Positions 49,301-57,146 are shown, counted from the first letter of the stretch. The stretch: DNA of 63,986 nucleotides from Phoronis australis (GCA_002633005.1 NMRA01000737.1:11266-75251); one strand, 5' to 3'. Notes: generated by a model not told the origin, from the sequence alone. Program-made: numbers and translations.

Positions 49301-51600
49301 AACAAAATGTCTTTGGAGAGTTGAAAGCTACAGTTGAGCTCATGTCGTAGGCTAATGCAAAACTCCTTGAAACATTGTTTAGGTCATCAGCTGTCTCCAA
49401 GCAGACAGTGACCATTGCATCCTTGAAACATTGTTTCGGTCATCAGCTGTCTCCAAGCAGACAGTGACCATTGCATCCTTGAAACATTGTTTAGGTCATC
49501 ATCTGTGTCCAAGCAGTCAGTGACCATTGTATCCTTGAAACATTGTTTAGGTCATCAGCTGTCTCCAAGCAGTCAGTGACCATTGCATCCTTGAAACATT
49601 GTTTAGGTCATCAGCTGTCTCCAAGCAGTCAGTGACCATTGCATCCTTGAAACATTGTTTAGGTCATCAGCTGTCTCGAAGCAGTCAGTGACCATTGCAT
49701 CCTTGAACTGAGTTAACGCATTGTCGAAATCCGTTGAAATTGAAAGCATCTTGAAAGCGTAACACATAAGCACCAGCTTTAAACAGCTATGTCCAGTGAT
49801 CCAGTCTCTGCAAAGAAACTCAAAAAAGCATAAACTGTGCCTAGTTTCGCTGAGAACATCTGTCTTTTGTACGTGTTCCGTATATGGACTGATAAATATA
49901 GAATATAGTAACTGTTGTGTTGTGTTTTTTGTGTTTTGTAAAGATACCCTTATTTTTTCCTATTTTGTCATACTTTCTACTATTTTTTCCTGTTTTTACT
50001 GAAAATTTGTCCTATTTCTTCAAGGTCTTATGTTACTTGACACCCTGCTGCCTCATGAAAACTTCATCTCCCAAAATGAACCAAACTTTGCCATGGTCAT
50101 GTGGGAAAAACACAGTGATGTGAAATGACTTTTTTGGTTCATGCTCATTTTAATATTAATGATCGCGCTTGTGTGTACTGGAAAATTATGGAAGGCATTC
50201 ACGTTGTCTGAGCAAATTGTTTTGGTATTGGGTAAACACTCACAGCTGAAGGTTCACCCTCTGCTCAAAGCCCATCCTCTGATTTTGTGATTCCTTATGT
50301 AACTCGTTCAAGTATGATATTTTTGTACAGAACTGGTTTTGGATATATTTTATTTTTGTATAATCTGCCTGTAAAACCAACCTCTTCATAAATACAATGG
50401 CACTTATTCTGGCTTAGAATAGCTTAATACGTACATCAATTCTAGTTTTTATTATGTGTGCACATATATTAACATTATGTGGGCAATTTTTTGCATTTAT
50501 CATCTTCTTCAAAGCCCCTTAACAAATTTCTGCACCACCTAATGGTAATATTTATTGTTTGTAAGTCTGTATATAAGCATCCATCTCTCTATTTGCTAAA
50601 CTACTCTATAACAATTGACATAATTATGAGTTTCTTCTGGGAAATGCATGATTTTCAAACATTTTCTTTTGCTGTGCTACCTTGTAGTGGCATTTTTTTT
50701 GCCTGTGACATATCTACCAAGATCCTAGATTGATCTTCATGAAATTTGGTGTCTGCTTCTATTCAGGGAAGTGCAACTTAGTGGATTTTGGGATAAGTCC
50801 AACTAGTGTGACAGTTTTGGGATAAGTCCAACTAGTGTGACAGTTTTGGTTTTCTTTGTTTGCTATGATATTTTTCAAGTGCTGTCATGGATGTTAGTGA
50901 AATTGTAGATGGCAGCACTTGCTTGGTTTCTGGGGGATTTGACCTACGTTGTGTACCATAATAGTCTTATTGTGAATCACAATAGCATTCATTTGTTTTA
51001 CACCATAATAGCATTGTTGTGCACCATAATAGCCTTGTTGGGCCCCCTACTGGCCTTTTTATGTTTTGTTGTTTGTTCTTTGTTGTCCAATTCCCATTTC
51101 TAGAACTGTGTGAAGAATCATGATGATAAAAAGTCGTAGGTGCGTTCATATTGAGAAAAGCATTGCTGATTTGCTTTGCTTTCATGAAATGCTATACAAG
51201 ACAGTGTTATCTGCAAGTGGTAATGTTTCAAATCATGATCATCCCTTGCATCTGCGATCTGTGATGCACATGGTAGGTGCATGTCAACGCATTGTTTCTG
51301 TTTCTCATCGTCAATGCTCCAAAAGCAGTCTAATAGCTAATACGTACAAATTCCCTACTTTGTTTTAGCCCAGGACCAATAGAACCAATGCCCGACTATC
51401 ACATCAACCCGAGCTATGAACTTTATGGAGACGACGATGATGATAGCATGAGGAACAGCAATGGCCGACAAGGTCAGCATTGCAAGGAACCAACACAGGG
51501 TCACCCTCGAGATGCCAATGTGCCTGAGGGTAACATGTATGACTATCCTGCTCTTGGGGTAGGACATCACTCCAGGTCAGTACTGACCTACAATCGATAG
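1068..51600 (+). CDS. 5'-partial 33-exon gene for a giant type-I transmembrane protein (FN3/Ig-like repeats, GH16/ConA-like insert, furin site, cadherin-like, EGF, TM, NPxY tail), about 2583 aa in window
   Basis: Exons traced by hand with AG/GT boundaries. Phases match at all 32 introns, the exon lengths sum to 7752 nt (divisible by 3), there is no internal stop, and it ends at TAG 51598-51600. Repeat motifs run continuously across junctions. Confidence 0.9.
1781..2871. repeat. about 545-bp tandem near-duplicate joined at a single n (2327); probable haplotype/assembly overlap
   Basis: 1781-2325 matches 2328-2871 with scattered SNPs. Confidence 0.85.
2835..5501. mobile_element. degenerate Kolobok-type DNA transposon, contains the N gap
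   Basis: TTAA|AGGAGAATGCCACCC...GGGTGGCATTCTCTT|TTAA (15-bp TIR, 1 mismatch, TTAA both sides); KolX-like remnant GYQFELEYTDQEI from 5014 (+). Confidence 0.7.
3623..4241. other. assembly gap (N run)
   Basis: run of n. Confidence 0.99.
5770..5814 (+). ncRNA. degenerate minimal type-I hammerhead-ribozyme-like motif (Penelope type)
   Basis: CTGATGA-tt-GTGTC(tcaataaac)GACAC-c-GAAA-CATG-TC; inverted, more mutated copies at about 2073-2117 and 2619-2662. Confidence 0.5.
5928..6448 (+). repeat. 79-bp tandem array that copies the exon-2 splice acceptor and first 48 exonic nt
   Basis: unit attgctatgtgctccatttgtgatcttgcag|ccattcagcacgagtggtctctactactacatcagtgtaaagtgtgtc; about 6.5 copies, the last runs into exon 2. 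Confidence 0.93.
6401..6629 (+). CDS. exon 2
   Basis: ttgcag|CCA...G|gtaag; PFTTRGLYYYISVKCVNGAG...FKGFKSEACGIV; phase 0/1. Confidence 0.85.
6950..7077 (+). CDS. exon 3 (second copy at 7769-7896 is probably the other allele)
   Basis: ttcag|GT TAT...AAG|gtaat; GYDWGIGSQAGYTDLQPF...LHLTKEK; phase 1/0. Confidence 0.85.
7282..8030 (+). repeat. second (allelic) copy of 6537-7210 including the end of exon 2 and exon 3, joined at a single n (7281)
   Basis: near-identical; exonic differences are synonymous (gcg/gca, acc/act, gtc/gtg). Confidence 0.85.
8026..9016. repeat. 13-bp minisatellite (also 7205-7280)
   Basis: gcatcaccatggt in the centre, gcattaccatgat variants at the edges. Confidence 0.97.
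9354..9507. mobile_element. short MITE-like element
   Basis: imperfect TIRs cgttcagtaacgctaggacctagc / gctaggtcctagcg...tactgaacg. Confidence 0.55.
9883..10116. repeat. 39-bp minisatellite x6
   Basis: gaatcagcattgcagctcatggcacagctgtaatacttt. Confidence 0.95.
10554..10764 (+). CDS. exon 4
   Basis: cacag|GCT...G|gtaac; AFVTVRAITGHN...SDGVKLDSTPP...FHWNSMDY; phase 0/1. Confidence 0.87.
11157..11284 (+). CDS. exon 5
   Basis: tgcag|GT ATT...CTG|gtaag; GIGNKTMYYRVGRLPGAGDLKDW...LRQGDL; phase 1/0. Confidence 0.85.
11340..12142. mobile_element. PIF/Harbinger-type MITE, 803 bp
   Basis: TIR GGGCTGTTCCAGcAAAATCtAT.../...ATGGATTTTACTGGAACAGCCC; 3-bp TGA duplication in a c-TGA-g target. Confidence 0.8.
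13091..13277 (+). CDS. exon 6
   Basis: tgcag|GTG...T|gtaagt; VFGEVMSVDQFGN...GITVDVTPP...CSWKIASDSES; phase 0/1. Confidence 0.87.
13910..14130 (+). CDS. exon 7
   Basis: ttaag|AC ATG...CAG|gtaat; YMAIAVGT...YFATLRVKNLVG...PPTSGQ; phase 1/0. Confidence 0.85.
14502..14626 (+). CDS. exon 8
   Basis: ttcag|GTC...AG|gtaac; VKIVTPSEFPLSPNSPDIVCQISQTFVDLEWDAFTDGTLLD; phase 0/2; missed by the ORF track. Confidence 0.82.
14618..14945 (+). repeat. 80-84 bp degenerate tandem repeat beginning at the exon-8 donor
   Basis: gcttgatag|gt recurs with junctions after 14626, 14710, 14790 and (variant) 14870. Confidence 0.85.
14971..15259. repeat. 57-bp minisatellite x5
   Basis: ctctgtccctccatacaaccaacattgtattgacttgaccaaggcagcaggttacaa. 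Confidence 0.95.
15285..15727. mobile_element. MITE with about 43-bp TIRs
   Basis: ggttgcatgaaacagtcccaaatagggacccaactaagttc ... gaacttagttgagtccctatttgggattgtttcatgcagcc. Confidence 0.75.
16340..16446 (+). CDS. exon 9
   Basis: tctag|G TAT...G|gtaag; RYEVALGTAQSSTFIQQFKSVGLVTSYTITGLNLAA; phase 2/1. Confidence 0.85.
16809..17045 (+). CDS. exon 10
   Basis: tacag|GT ACG...G|gtaag; GTSIRATVRAINKAGL...DVDFQ...AEWAIYRAD; phase 1/1. Confidence 0.87.
17236..18483 (+). CDS. exon 11 (1248 nt, about 3.5 FN3-like repeats)
   Basis: ttcag|AT CTG...G|gtata; core of the 450-aa ORF, including WRGWRDDESGIDFY and YVLLRATNKA; phase 1/1. Confidence 0.92.
18889..18995 (+). CDS. exon 12
   Basis: tgcag|GC ATT...CAG|gtatg; GIGTIVDGDNWYKDVFYTSSVNELVVTMAIANYKEQ; phase 1/0. 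Confidence 0.83.
19861..20257. mobile_element. fold-back MITE with long imperfect TIRs (related copy at about 31500-31785)
   Basis: gaaattattttggcaatttct...gaactcaagataagtg is mirrored by cacttatcttgagttc...agaaaatgccaaacataatttc. Confidence 0.65.
20343..20699. repeat. 40-bp minisatellite, about x9
   Basis: gtgctacgtcactgtgtgcagtgctgatggcacatgtgtg. Confidence 0.93.
20980..21181 (+). CDS. exon 13
   Basis: ttcag|CTG...G|gtttg; LDCPNSKAL...FFYSADNALLSV...KKNFMKCA; phase 0/1. Confidence 0.8.
21568..21791 (+). CDS. exon 14
   Basis: tttag|GC ATC...ACT|gtgagt; GIYGEAETIIEGKYSVTMQIAAGDKVMTTFAM...PPKKTT; phase 1/0. Confidence 0.85.
22489..22663 (+). CDS. exon 15, Thr/Ser-rich mucin-like segment
   Basis: cacag|GGT...G|gtgag; GPPCNCSTTTAVPTTTIVMETTT...GFGLTFF; phase 0/1. 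Confidence 0.83.
24400..24615 (+). CDS. exon 16
   Basis: tccag|GT TAC...G|gtaaa; GYQHGNRTKVWFAKLW...SDPTRSEVTYSIHVY...WKMTLLENGEESVTLT; phase 1/1. Confidence 0.85.
25660..25930. repeat. degenerate 18-19 bp minisatellite
   Basis: gcgttcaactggcaagac variants. Confidence 0.8.
26671..27258 (+). CDS. exon 17
   Basis: cctag|GT GTG...A|gtatg; FYDFESHIGKIYLGV...YFVIVKVESRSGL...NGITVDVTPP; phase 1/1. Confidence 0.9.
28078..28280. repeat. 33-bp minisatellite x6
   Basis: gtgtattgtgaggtaatgacttacagcattggt. Confidence 0.92.
28379..28620 (+). CDS. exon 18
   Basis: cctag|GT ACC...ACA|gtaagt; GAMWNVIEMDSLMADYELGL...YYVALRATNVAGL; phase 1/0. Confidence 0.88.
29302..29455 (+). CDS. exon 19
   Basis: tttag|CTC...G|gtgagt; LSTSTPDLSAVVVKMPG...IQVNWGDVPTTAKWV; phase 0/1; missed by the ORF track. 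Confidence 0.78.
29908..30021 (+). CDS. exon 20
   Basis: tccag|AT ATG...G|gtatg; DMQVDMSDSSNRPFLPKAKVG...GQICSN; phase 1/1. Confidence 0.78.
31209..31400 (+). CDS. exon 21
   Basis: ttcag|AG GCA...C|gtaag; EATCGQK...LEPGSCMTVKLEVEGKNHL...ICVK; phase 1/1. Confidence 0.83.
32443..32503. repeat. 16-bp repeat, about x4
   Basis: ggcaacagaagtcaca. Confidence 0.85.
32799..32876 (+). CDS. exon 22
   Basis: ttcag|GA GCC...G|gtaat; RASDKSASLGSSKKTFEIAGGQITAS; phase 1/1 (symmetric, so phase does not force its inclusion). Confidence 0.7.
33152..33330. repeat. 16-bp alternating purine/pyrimidine minisatellite x11
   Basis: gcacatgcacctgtgt. Confidence 0.95.
34080..34227 (+). CDS. exon 23
   Basis: tgcag|GG AGT...CG|gtaag; GSGGLLYGELSKDDLAAEYGS...RRIMF; phase 1/2. 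Confidence 0.83.
34313..34507. repeat. 28-bp minisatellite x7
   Basis: taccagttgtaaggtctgagtgtagttg. Confidence 0.93.
36583..36719 (+). CDS. exon 24
   Basis: ttcag|A TTG...G|gtact; RLNTVVKSIYIAG...ELTMPFD...PAILYYDP; phase 2/1. Confidence 0.83.
36716..37172 (+). repeat. about 40-bp degenerate minisatellite starting at the exon-24 donor
   Basis: ggtactattctcagtgtttgctgcataactagtgttccaa; the first copy supplies the real G|gtact donor. Confidence 0.9.
37310..37407 (+). CDS. exon 25
   Basis: ttcag|TT GCT...AGG|gtatg; VAGMFKELCESCNSCSRNYVKQVDWQKKTVSDR; phase 1/0. Confidence 0.8.
38521..38830. repeat. 51-bp minisatellite x6
   Basis: gcaagatcctatactcatgcaatatagtgagtagttggtcattacgctaca. Confidence 0.93.
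39532..39687 (+). CDS. exon 26, carries RRKR furin-type site
   Basis: tatag|ATT...CAG|gtaga; ICSTWTQINSSSSSSTRRKRSVSV...FNAKPYLTNVQ; phase 0/0. Confidence 0.82.
40824..41037 (+). CDS. exon 27, cadherin-like/Big_9-type domain
   Basis: tgcag|AAC...G|gtaag; VYED...DDIEGD...PPHG...IHYTPYKDF..ND; phase 0/1. Confidence 0.87.
41671..41828. repeat. 58-bp repeat, about x2.7
   Basis: gttactgaatcagcagttacggcattagtcaacagagaaccagccatagagacagc. Confidence 0.8.
42025..42167 (+). CDS. exon 28, cadherin DxNDxP-like linker
   Basis: tgtag|AC ATT...GAC|gtgagt; ...LVNDNDEPILYF...; phase 1/0. Confidence 0.85.
43396..43699 (+). CDS. exon 29, cadherin-like domain
   Basis: tccag|GTC...G|gtgagt; VVVEN...VYDVD...LMAKDQDG; phase 0/1. 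Confidence 0.87.
44423..44947 (+). CDS. exon 30, EGF-like domain expanded by GNC repeats
   Basis: ttcag|GT ATT...G|gtggg; NPCVHGNC...YSCKCELGYT; 31 Cys; phase 1/1. Confidence 0.88.
45794..46016 (+). CDS. exon 31, EGF-like domain plus transmembrane helix
   Basis: tccag|GT AAA...AG|gtaag; GKHCEIEVNECTSNPC...CVNHVAYYDC; GVGAGVGVLAFILLVAIAAVTIFLCRR; phase 1/2. Confidence 0.9.
46230..47477 (+). mobile_element. Helentron-associated non-autonomous element (HINE/DINE-1-like)
   Basis: 5' T-run with hairpin atgcgcccacac..gtgtgggcgcat, CCGT microsatellite, central tandem units (gtgccccctagtggc / ttcatgaaatttgg), 3' hairpin ggagca..tgctcc followed by cttgtt. Confidence 0.7.
48292..48513 (+). CDS. exon 32, cytoplasmic tail
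   Basis: tttag|A TGC...TT|gtgagt; RCAHKALSESSSEL...GGSRRKKRESTND; phase 2/2. Confidence 0.8.
49364..49707. repeat. 56-bp minisatellite x6 with an internal stem-loop
   Basis: tccttgaaacattgtttaggtcatcagctgtctccaagcagacagtgaccattgca. Confidence 0.93.
51369..51600 (+). CDS. exon 33, terminal exon with NPSY motif
   Basis: tttag|C CCA...TAG; FPGPIEPMPDYHINPSYELYGDDDDD...MYDYP...VLTYNR*. Confidence 0.8.
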
Positions 51601-52189
51601 GACAATGGTTACCTGTATTAGGAAACACGGAGCTCTGTTGGTGGCGTGGTTTATTAATTTTTTTATGTCAAATCGATCTCTTTGTTTCACATCGCATGGT
51701 TAACTTAAGTCGGATTTTGCACTTCAATAACCTCATTAAATTCTGAAGCATTTTGTTGTGTCAGCGACAGTTTCAATGTTCTTGTTGGTAAAAACGTATC
51801 ACAGTAACAGATATATGTGATATTGTTTTTGCGAAAGGGAAGCTTACTATTTGCTTTTCTTTTTTTGCTGCTTTAACTCTGACTTGATGCTCACAGGATG
51901 CAGATCAACTTTTGGCTTCATTTCAGGCTGAAACAAATAGATAGTGTTATCCTACTGCCGAGAGTTCGTAGAGAGAAGATAAAGAAATCCTTCAACAGGT
52001 ATAGCTCTTGCTTGATAAGGGTTTATATGTATGTCATCTTGGTGTAAAGACGTAAAAACAGTTACAACTTCTTATTATGATCATATCTCACCAATTTCAT
52101 ACTAAAGTTAAAAAGTCAAAATTACATTTTATCATTCTTCAAAGGCTTTAAACATTGTTATGATGTTTCAAACTGTTGTCTGGTAGTAA

Positions 52190-52195
52190 AATAAA
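52190..52195 (+). promoter_or_regulatory. candidate polyadenylation signal AATAAA
   Basis: AATAAA about 590 nt after the stop codon; hexamer only, in AT-rich DNA. Confidence 0.3.
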
Positions 52196-53480
52196 AACCG
52201 TTCCAATGACACAGACCAGGTACAGAACCAATTAAATTGCTTTCTTAGTCAAATAACTTGTTTCAACTTACAATTTCTCTCATCCTAGAAAGCATCGGAG
52301 AATGTGTTATTTTGCTTTGTGCTGTGCTTAAGCTTTATTTGTGCTGTTACAAAACCTAGAATTTCATCACCATGTTTTCATGTTTGCAGGTTGTAAAGGT
52401 GCAGAGAGATAACACTCCAGACAGAGATGGGTGAAGTTAGGAAGATGATATGGAATTTCATCACACTCAACCAGACTAATGTCAAATTTATTGCTTATGT
52501 TATCAAGATATTTACTTAACTTTACCAATTTTACTAACCACAGTATTTTGAGAAACTGTCTATTCTTGCACAATTTTGTCCAGGTTAGTTAGGACCCTAC
52601 AAATATGTCCAAAACTGTCTAACTTTGCGGTGTCAGATCTTTGAAATGGCTTTTCAGATTATTCAGATTCTGTGGTTTGTGTGCTGTTCTCCAAAACACT
52701 GTTAGCAATTTTTTTAGAACGTCTGACTTATGCATTAGGTGCATCAACTAAGGTCTACTGTGGTTTTCTCCTCTTTAGTGCATAATATGGTGCACAAATG
52801 AAATTTATTTGTTTTCAAAGTTTTGTACCATTTCTGATGACCTGTTTTTGTTTTATGTCCTTGGGTTGATTGTTTTGAGGAAGGACCAATCATTGTGTAT
52901 GACCAACAGAGGGCACTACATGAACCTTTTCCATTCAGTGCAGTGAATGTTTATTTCATCCTTCTGACATTAGCTTGCTGACAGTATTGTTTTACAGTAA
53001 TGTCATAGTTATGTGTAACCCTATAGTAATCTCAAAAGTAATGGTAAGACTCAAATGAAAATTTCTCAAATGAAATTATTTTATACTTTGCTTTATTGGC
53101 TGTCTTCTAAAATGCTGTTATGAATTGCTTTTAATTCTTTTACATGAACTGTTATCAAATGTTGGACTTTTAGGATGTTTGTGAAAAAATCAACACGCAT
53201 ATCATAACAAAAGTGATTTTGTTACATTTTATGCTCCCACATACCATCATCCCTGTCCATCAGCGCCGTAGATGCCATAGCATAAGCAAATTTTCCTATG
53301 GATCCTACTGCTGATGTGCTCCATAGTGGTGCTTTTAGTTTTTTATGTTTGCCTTTGTGTCTTCGTAGTTCTTTGATGCTGGGATTTACAAGAAATTCTA
53401 CAGTAGGTATCTATTTAGGAGGTGACACTGCCTTGTCGTTTTCCAATTGATTCAAGTTACTCTGTGCCACCTGGTGTCCA

Positions 53481-54866
53481 TTTTTATGCGCCCACATATT
53501 TATATGTGGACGCATTATGCCGTCATCTCCGTCCATCCGTGCGGCGTCCGTCCGGCGTCCGCTGCTTTATCTTCAAAACCCTTTGACATACGTTCATGAA
53601 ATTTGGCACATATGTTCCATTCATGAATGGGAGGGCATGTGCGAACTTTCGGACTGATCCGACTACGGGTGTGCCCCCTAGTGGCAATTTTAGTTTTTTA
53701 CGCTTACCTTTGTATCTTCAAAAGTCATGAACGGATTTTCATGAAATTTGGTATGTAGGCACCTATTAGTGAGATGACGCTATCCTCCCGTTTCCAGATG
53801 GATCCGACATAGTTTGTGCCACCTAGTGGCCATTTTTAGTGTTTTTGAGTCTGTATTTTTGCGTCCACCCCTCTATCAACCAAACAGCTCAAAGGATGAT
53901 TGTGAAAATTGGCATGTATGTGCTTACTATAAAGAGGACAGCTGACAATGATTTTCAGACGATTTGGACTACTGTGGCGCCTCCTAGTGGCAGTTTTTTT
54001 TTGCGCCTATGGCTGTATCACCTAAACCCTTCGCAGGATCTTTACGAAATTTAATAAGTGTATTTATATGATGTTAACAACAGACGATGACGACTTTTGG
54101 ACGGATCCGCCTACCGGTGTGCCCCATAGTGGCAATTTTATTTTTTTACGTTTACCTCTGTATCTTCACATGTCCTTAACGGATTTTCATGAAATTTGGT
54201 ATGTAGGCACCTATTCGTGCGATGACGCTATCCTCCCGTTTTCGGATGGATTTGACCTAGTTTGCGACACCCAGTTGCCATTGTTACTGTTTTTGAGTCT
54301 GTTTTTTGGCGTCCACCCCTCTATCAACCAAACATTTTGCCCCTTGCCTATTGAGGAGACAATGACCGCCAAACCGAATTTCGGGTGATTATGAGAATTT
54401 CATATGTTTCTTTACTGGGAAGAGGGTGTGACGATGATTTTTTCTGTTTTCAAGACTGATCTGTGACATCCGTCTTTCTTCTGGCCAAACCGCTGAAGGT
54501 GATCATGAAAATGCGTATATGTGTTCTTACTGAAAGGCATGATGATTACCCGGTAGTGGTTGCCTCCGAGTGTGTCACCTCCACGATGGATGGTCATGGA
54601 ATTTGGAAAATAAGTTACTGGGCACTTAAATATCAATATGCCCTGTTTTGGATGGATTTGACCAACATTGCTCACTCTAGTGGAGTTACTATTACTTATG
54701 TTTTCTTTGTCTTGTACTTCACCCTATCCTCATAACTATACCACGAATCATGTTAAAAGGTGGCAGGTGTGTTCACGTTGACTTGCTTTGCACCCTGTAG
54801 AGGATTTTGTACTATGCACGGCACATGGTGGGTGCATAACTGTGCCACGTTATTCGTTATTCTTGT
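53481..54866 (+). mobile_element. second copy of the same HINE-like family, apparently nested in an older relative that starts at about 53228
   Basis: colinear with 46230-47100; 5' ttatgcgcccac is mirrored by subterminal gtgggtgcataa at about 54828; ends in cttgt. Confidence 0.7.
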
Positions 54867-55107
54867 ACTATTGTGCTGCTAGAAGCATTTGTCAACCAAA
54901 ATGAAACTGTGGTGTAACTGTATGTGTATTTTGGCAGATGCCCTGTTTGCACAATTAGGTTTATAATTAGGTCTGCTTTTCTTCAGATAAAAAGTTTAGT
55001 TACGAGTGTATGCACTTTAATCAATTTGATTTGTTGCTGACTATTATTTTAGGATTACCTGTAACATTGTGGGTCAGATAGTGTAGTTAACTGTGTGTGT
55101 TATGTGT

Positions 55108-55665
55108 GGTTTCATTAACCGAATGGTTGACAGAAAATATAAATAGGTTATTCAAATGAATCCACCCTTGCATTTCTAACACTGTAAACCCCAGCTGTCC
55201 CATAGGAGGGGTTCAGTGGTGACGAGGGGCACTCGGCCGCCAACTAGTGAAGAGGGCATATATTGTCTCTGATAAGTATTTCACATTCTTGATATCACTT
55301 TGGATGGGTAAGCAAAAGAAATGAGAGATTTCATCATCTGGTATTTTCTAAGTATCCCCATTCCCCGGTCACCCTGGTATTGCTTTGGTCTGGCATTCAG
55401 CTGAATGTTCAGCCGGCGAGACCCTACCGAGTAAAGAGAAGCCTGGGATTATTAAAGCAGTTCATCTCTTGAGACATCACGCTCTATTCACTCAGGATGA
55501 AACTTATATTGTTTATTAATCAGTGGCCTATAAATGCAAAATCGACATCCCTGTTTTTATAAAAAACATTGCCGGGTTTCATTAACCGAATGCCGTGACA
55601 GAAAATATAAAAAGGCTATTGAAATGAATCTAAAACCTGTAAACCCCAGCTGCCCCATAGGACGG
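55108..55665. repeat. pair of about 100-bp imperfect direct repeats (55108-55212, 55575-55665)
   Basis: ggtttcattaaccgaatg..gacagaaaatataaa..aaatgaatc..tgtaaaccccagctg.cccatagga. Confidence 0.75.
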
Positions 55666-57146
55666 GTACCATCTAGTGGGAAATGCCGAGGGAAATTCAT
55701 GTAGATACTCCTAAGAGTGAACACATGTGTTCATCGCAAAGAGACAGGAGTACTTCTTGAAAGGCCGTGTTCAAAGCGTCAAGCAGAATTTCAGTCACAG
55801 TCAGATTTTAGTACTAGGGGGCGCAAGGTGTGCAGTTGCGGGATTCTTTCCCCAGGCAGTACAAATTTCTTTCCAGAGCATTTAACCCTGCCATAAAGTA
55901 CAGTAATCAGATATTCTTTAAAGTGAAAACTAAGAATGCATTTAAAAAAACTGTATAGTACACAAAGTGTATAGATGTATTTACAAAAGTTGCATCATAA
56001 TAAATGTAGATACTGAGGTAGAAATCCAGCTACTGAGCTATATGAAGACTATCGTCAACATACAGCTACTAAGGTACAGTAGGTGTGTGTAGAGCTCCCG
56101 GCGCTAGACACGGAAATTTCACACAACCCCGGTGCTCAGCTTGTCACATCGTCGTGAAACTTAGAGCTAACAACCTACAGGTGCGCATGCAGAATCTGGG
56201 AATGAACCGACATTCACCTTTGCCCGTTACAGCCATTTATAGAAGTAAAAAGACAATCAAATCGTATGCCAGTCTAGGCTTTGACGTAATCCCGATAGTT
56301 ATTTTATGTGAATACAAATAGATTTGCGTCGCTTTAAACGCGAAACCTGTGGCCCCTTTTGGTACAACATCGAAATAGTTTTTATTTTTATTGTGTTCTC
56401 AATCTTTTTTCTTTGCTCCAGTATAAAATGAATACGATTCATTTGTCTATGAATGTTCTTAAGGCCGGTTTATCTGCAAGCCGAGAAAGCACCTTTTCCA
56501 ATATCCTTCTGCCGGGGGTTCGCTGGATATCATTGAGCTAGAATGGATTTTTAAGAGATGTAATTTTTTGTCGTTAGTTTTTACATGCTTAGTTTAAATG
56601 CATCTATTTATCTTAAACTGCAAATAAATTTTGCATTCTAAGACTTGAGCATTCCTCGCAAGATTTCGTAGAAAAGACCATTTTTCACGTGAAAGAAGTT
56701 GCATCGGCAGAGTGAGTTTTTTAAAACTTAAAAGTTTTAAAAGCTGACATTTACTAGGCCCTACAACAATTGGACACCCTCAGCTCAGGTATTCAGTTCG
56801 CGTTCACCTTAAAGGCGAAGGCAACCTTTTTTCATGTCATTTTGAGCTAAAATAAGGTTGGTTGGTTATCCTAAACATATTTGCCACTTAATTACAGCTT
56901 TTCGTAATTTTATTAATTACTCGTCCTCTACTCCGGAAGTGACGTTTTAGGAGGCAAGCGTTTCCCGCCACTTGGTTTTGCGTTGAGTTTACCGTGCGAA
57001 TCTGTTCTATTCTACTTTTGTTTTGTGCTGTTTTTCAACATTTGTCGCCACCACTTTCCATCGGCGAGTATTCTGCGGAAAGATAGGTTAGTATAGAACT
57101 CAACTACGTTGGATTTAGGGATTGTTTAGTGTGTTGTAAGCTGAAA

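Noticed and set aside
49364-49707. Tandem hammerheads on the minus strand (CTGATGAcc[G/T]AAAC)
   Set aside because: Only 2 nt separate CUGAUGA and GAAA, so there is no stem II, and only one copy has GAAA.
1068-51600. Naming the gene Notch, LRP, protocadherin or RPTP
   Set aside because: No LNR/ankyrin, LDLa/YWTD, canonical cadherin array or phosphatase domain is visible, so no symbol was assigned.
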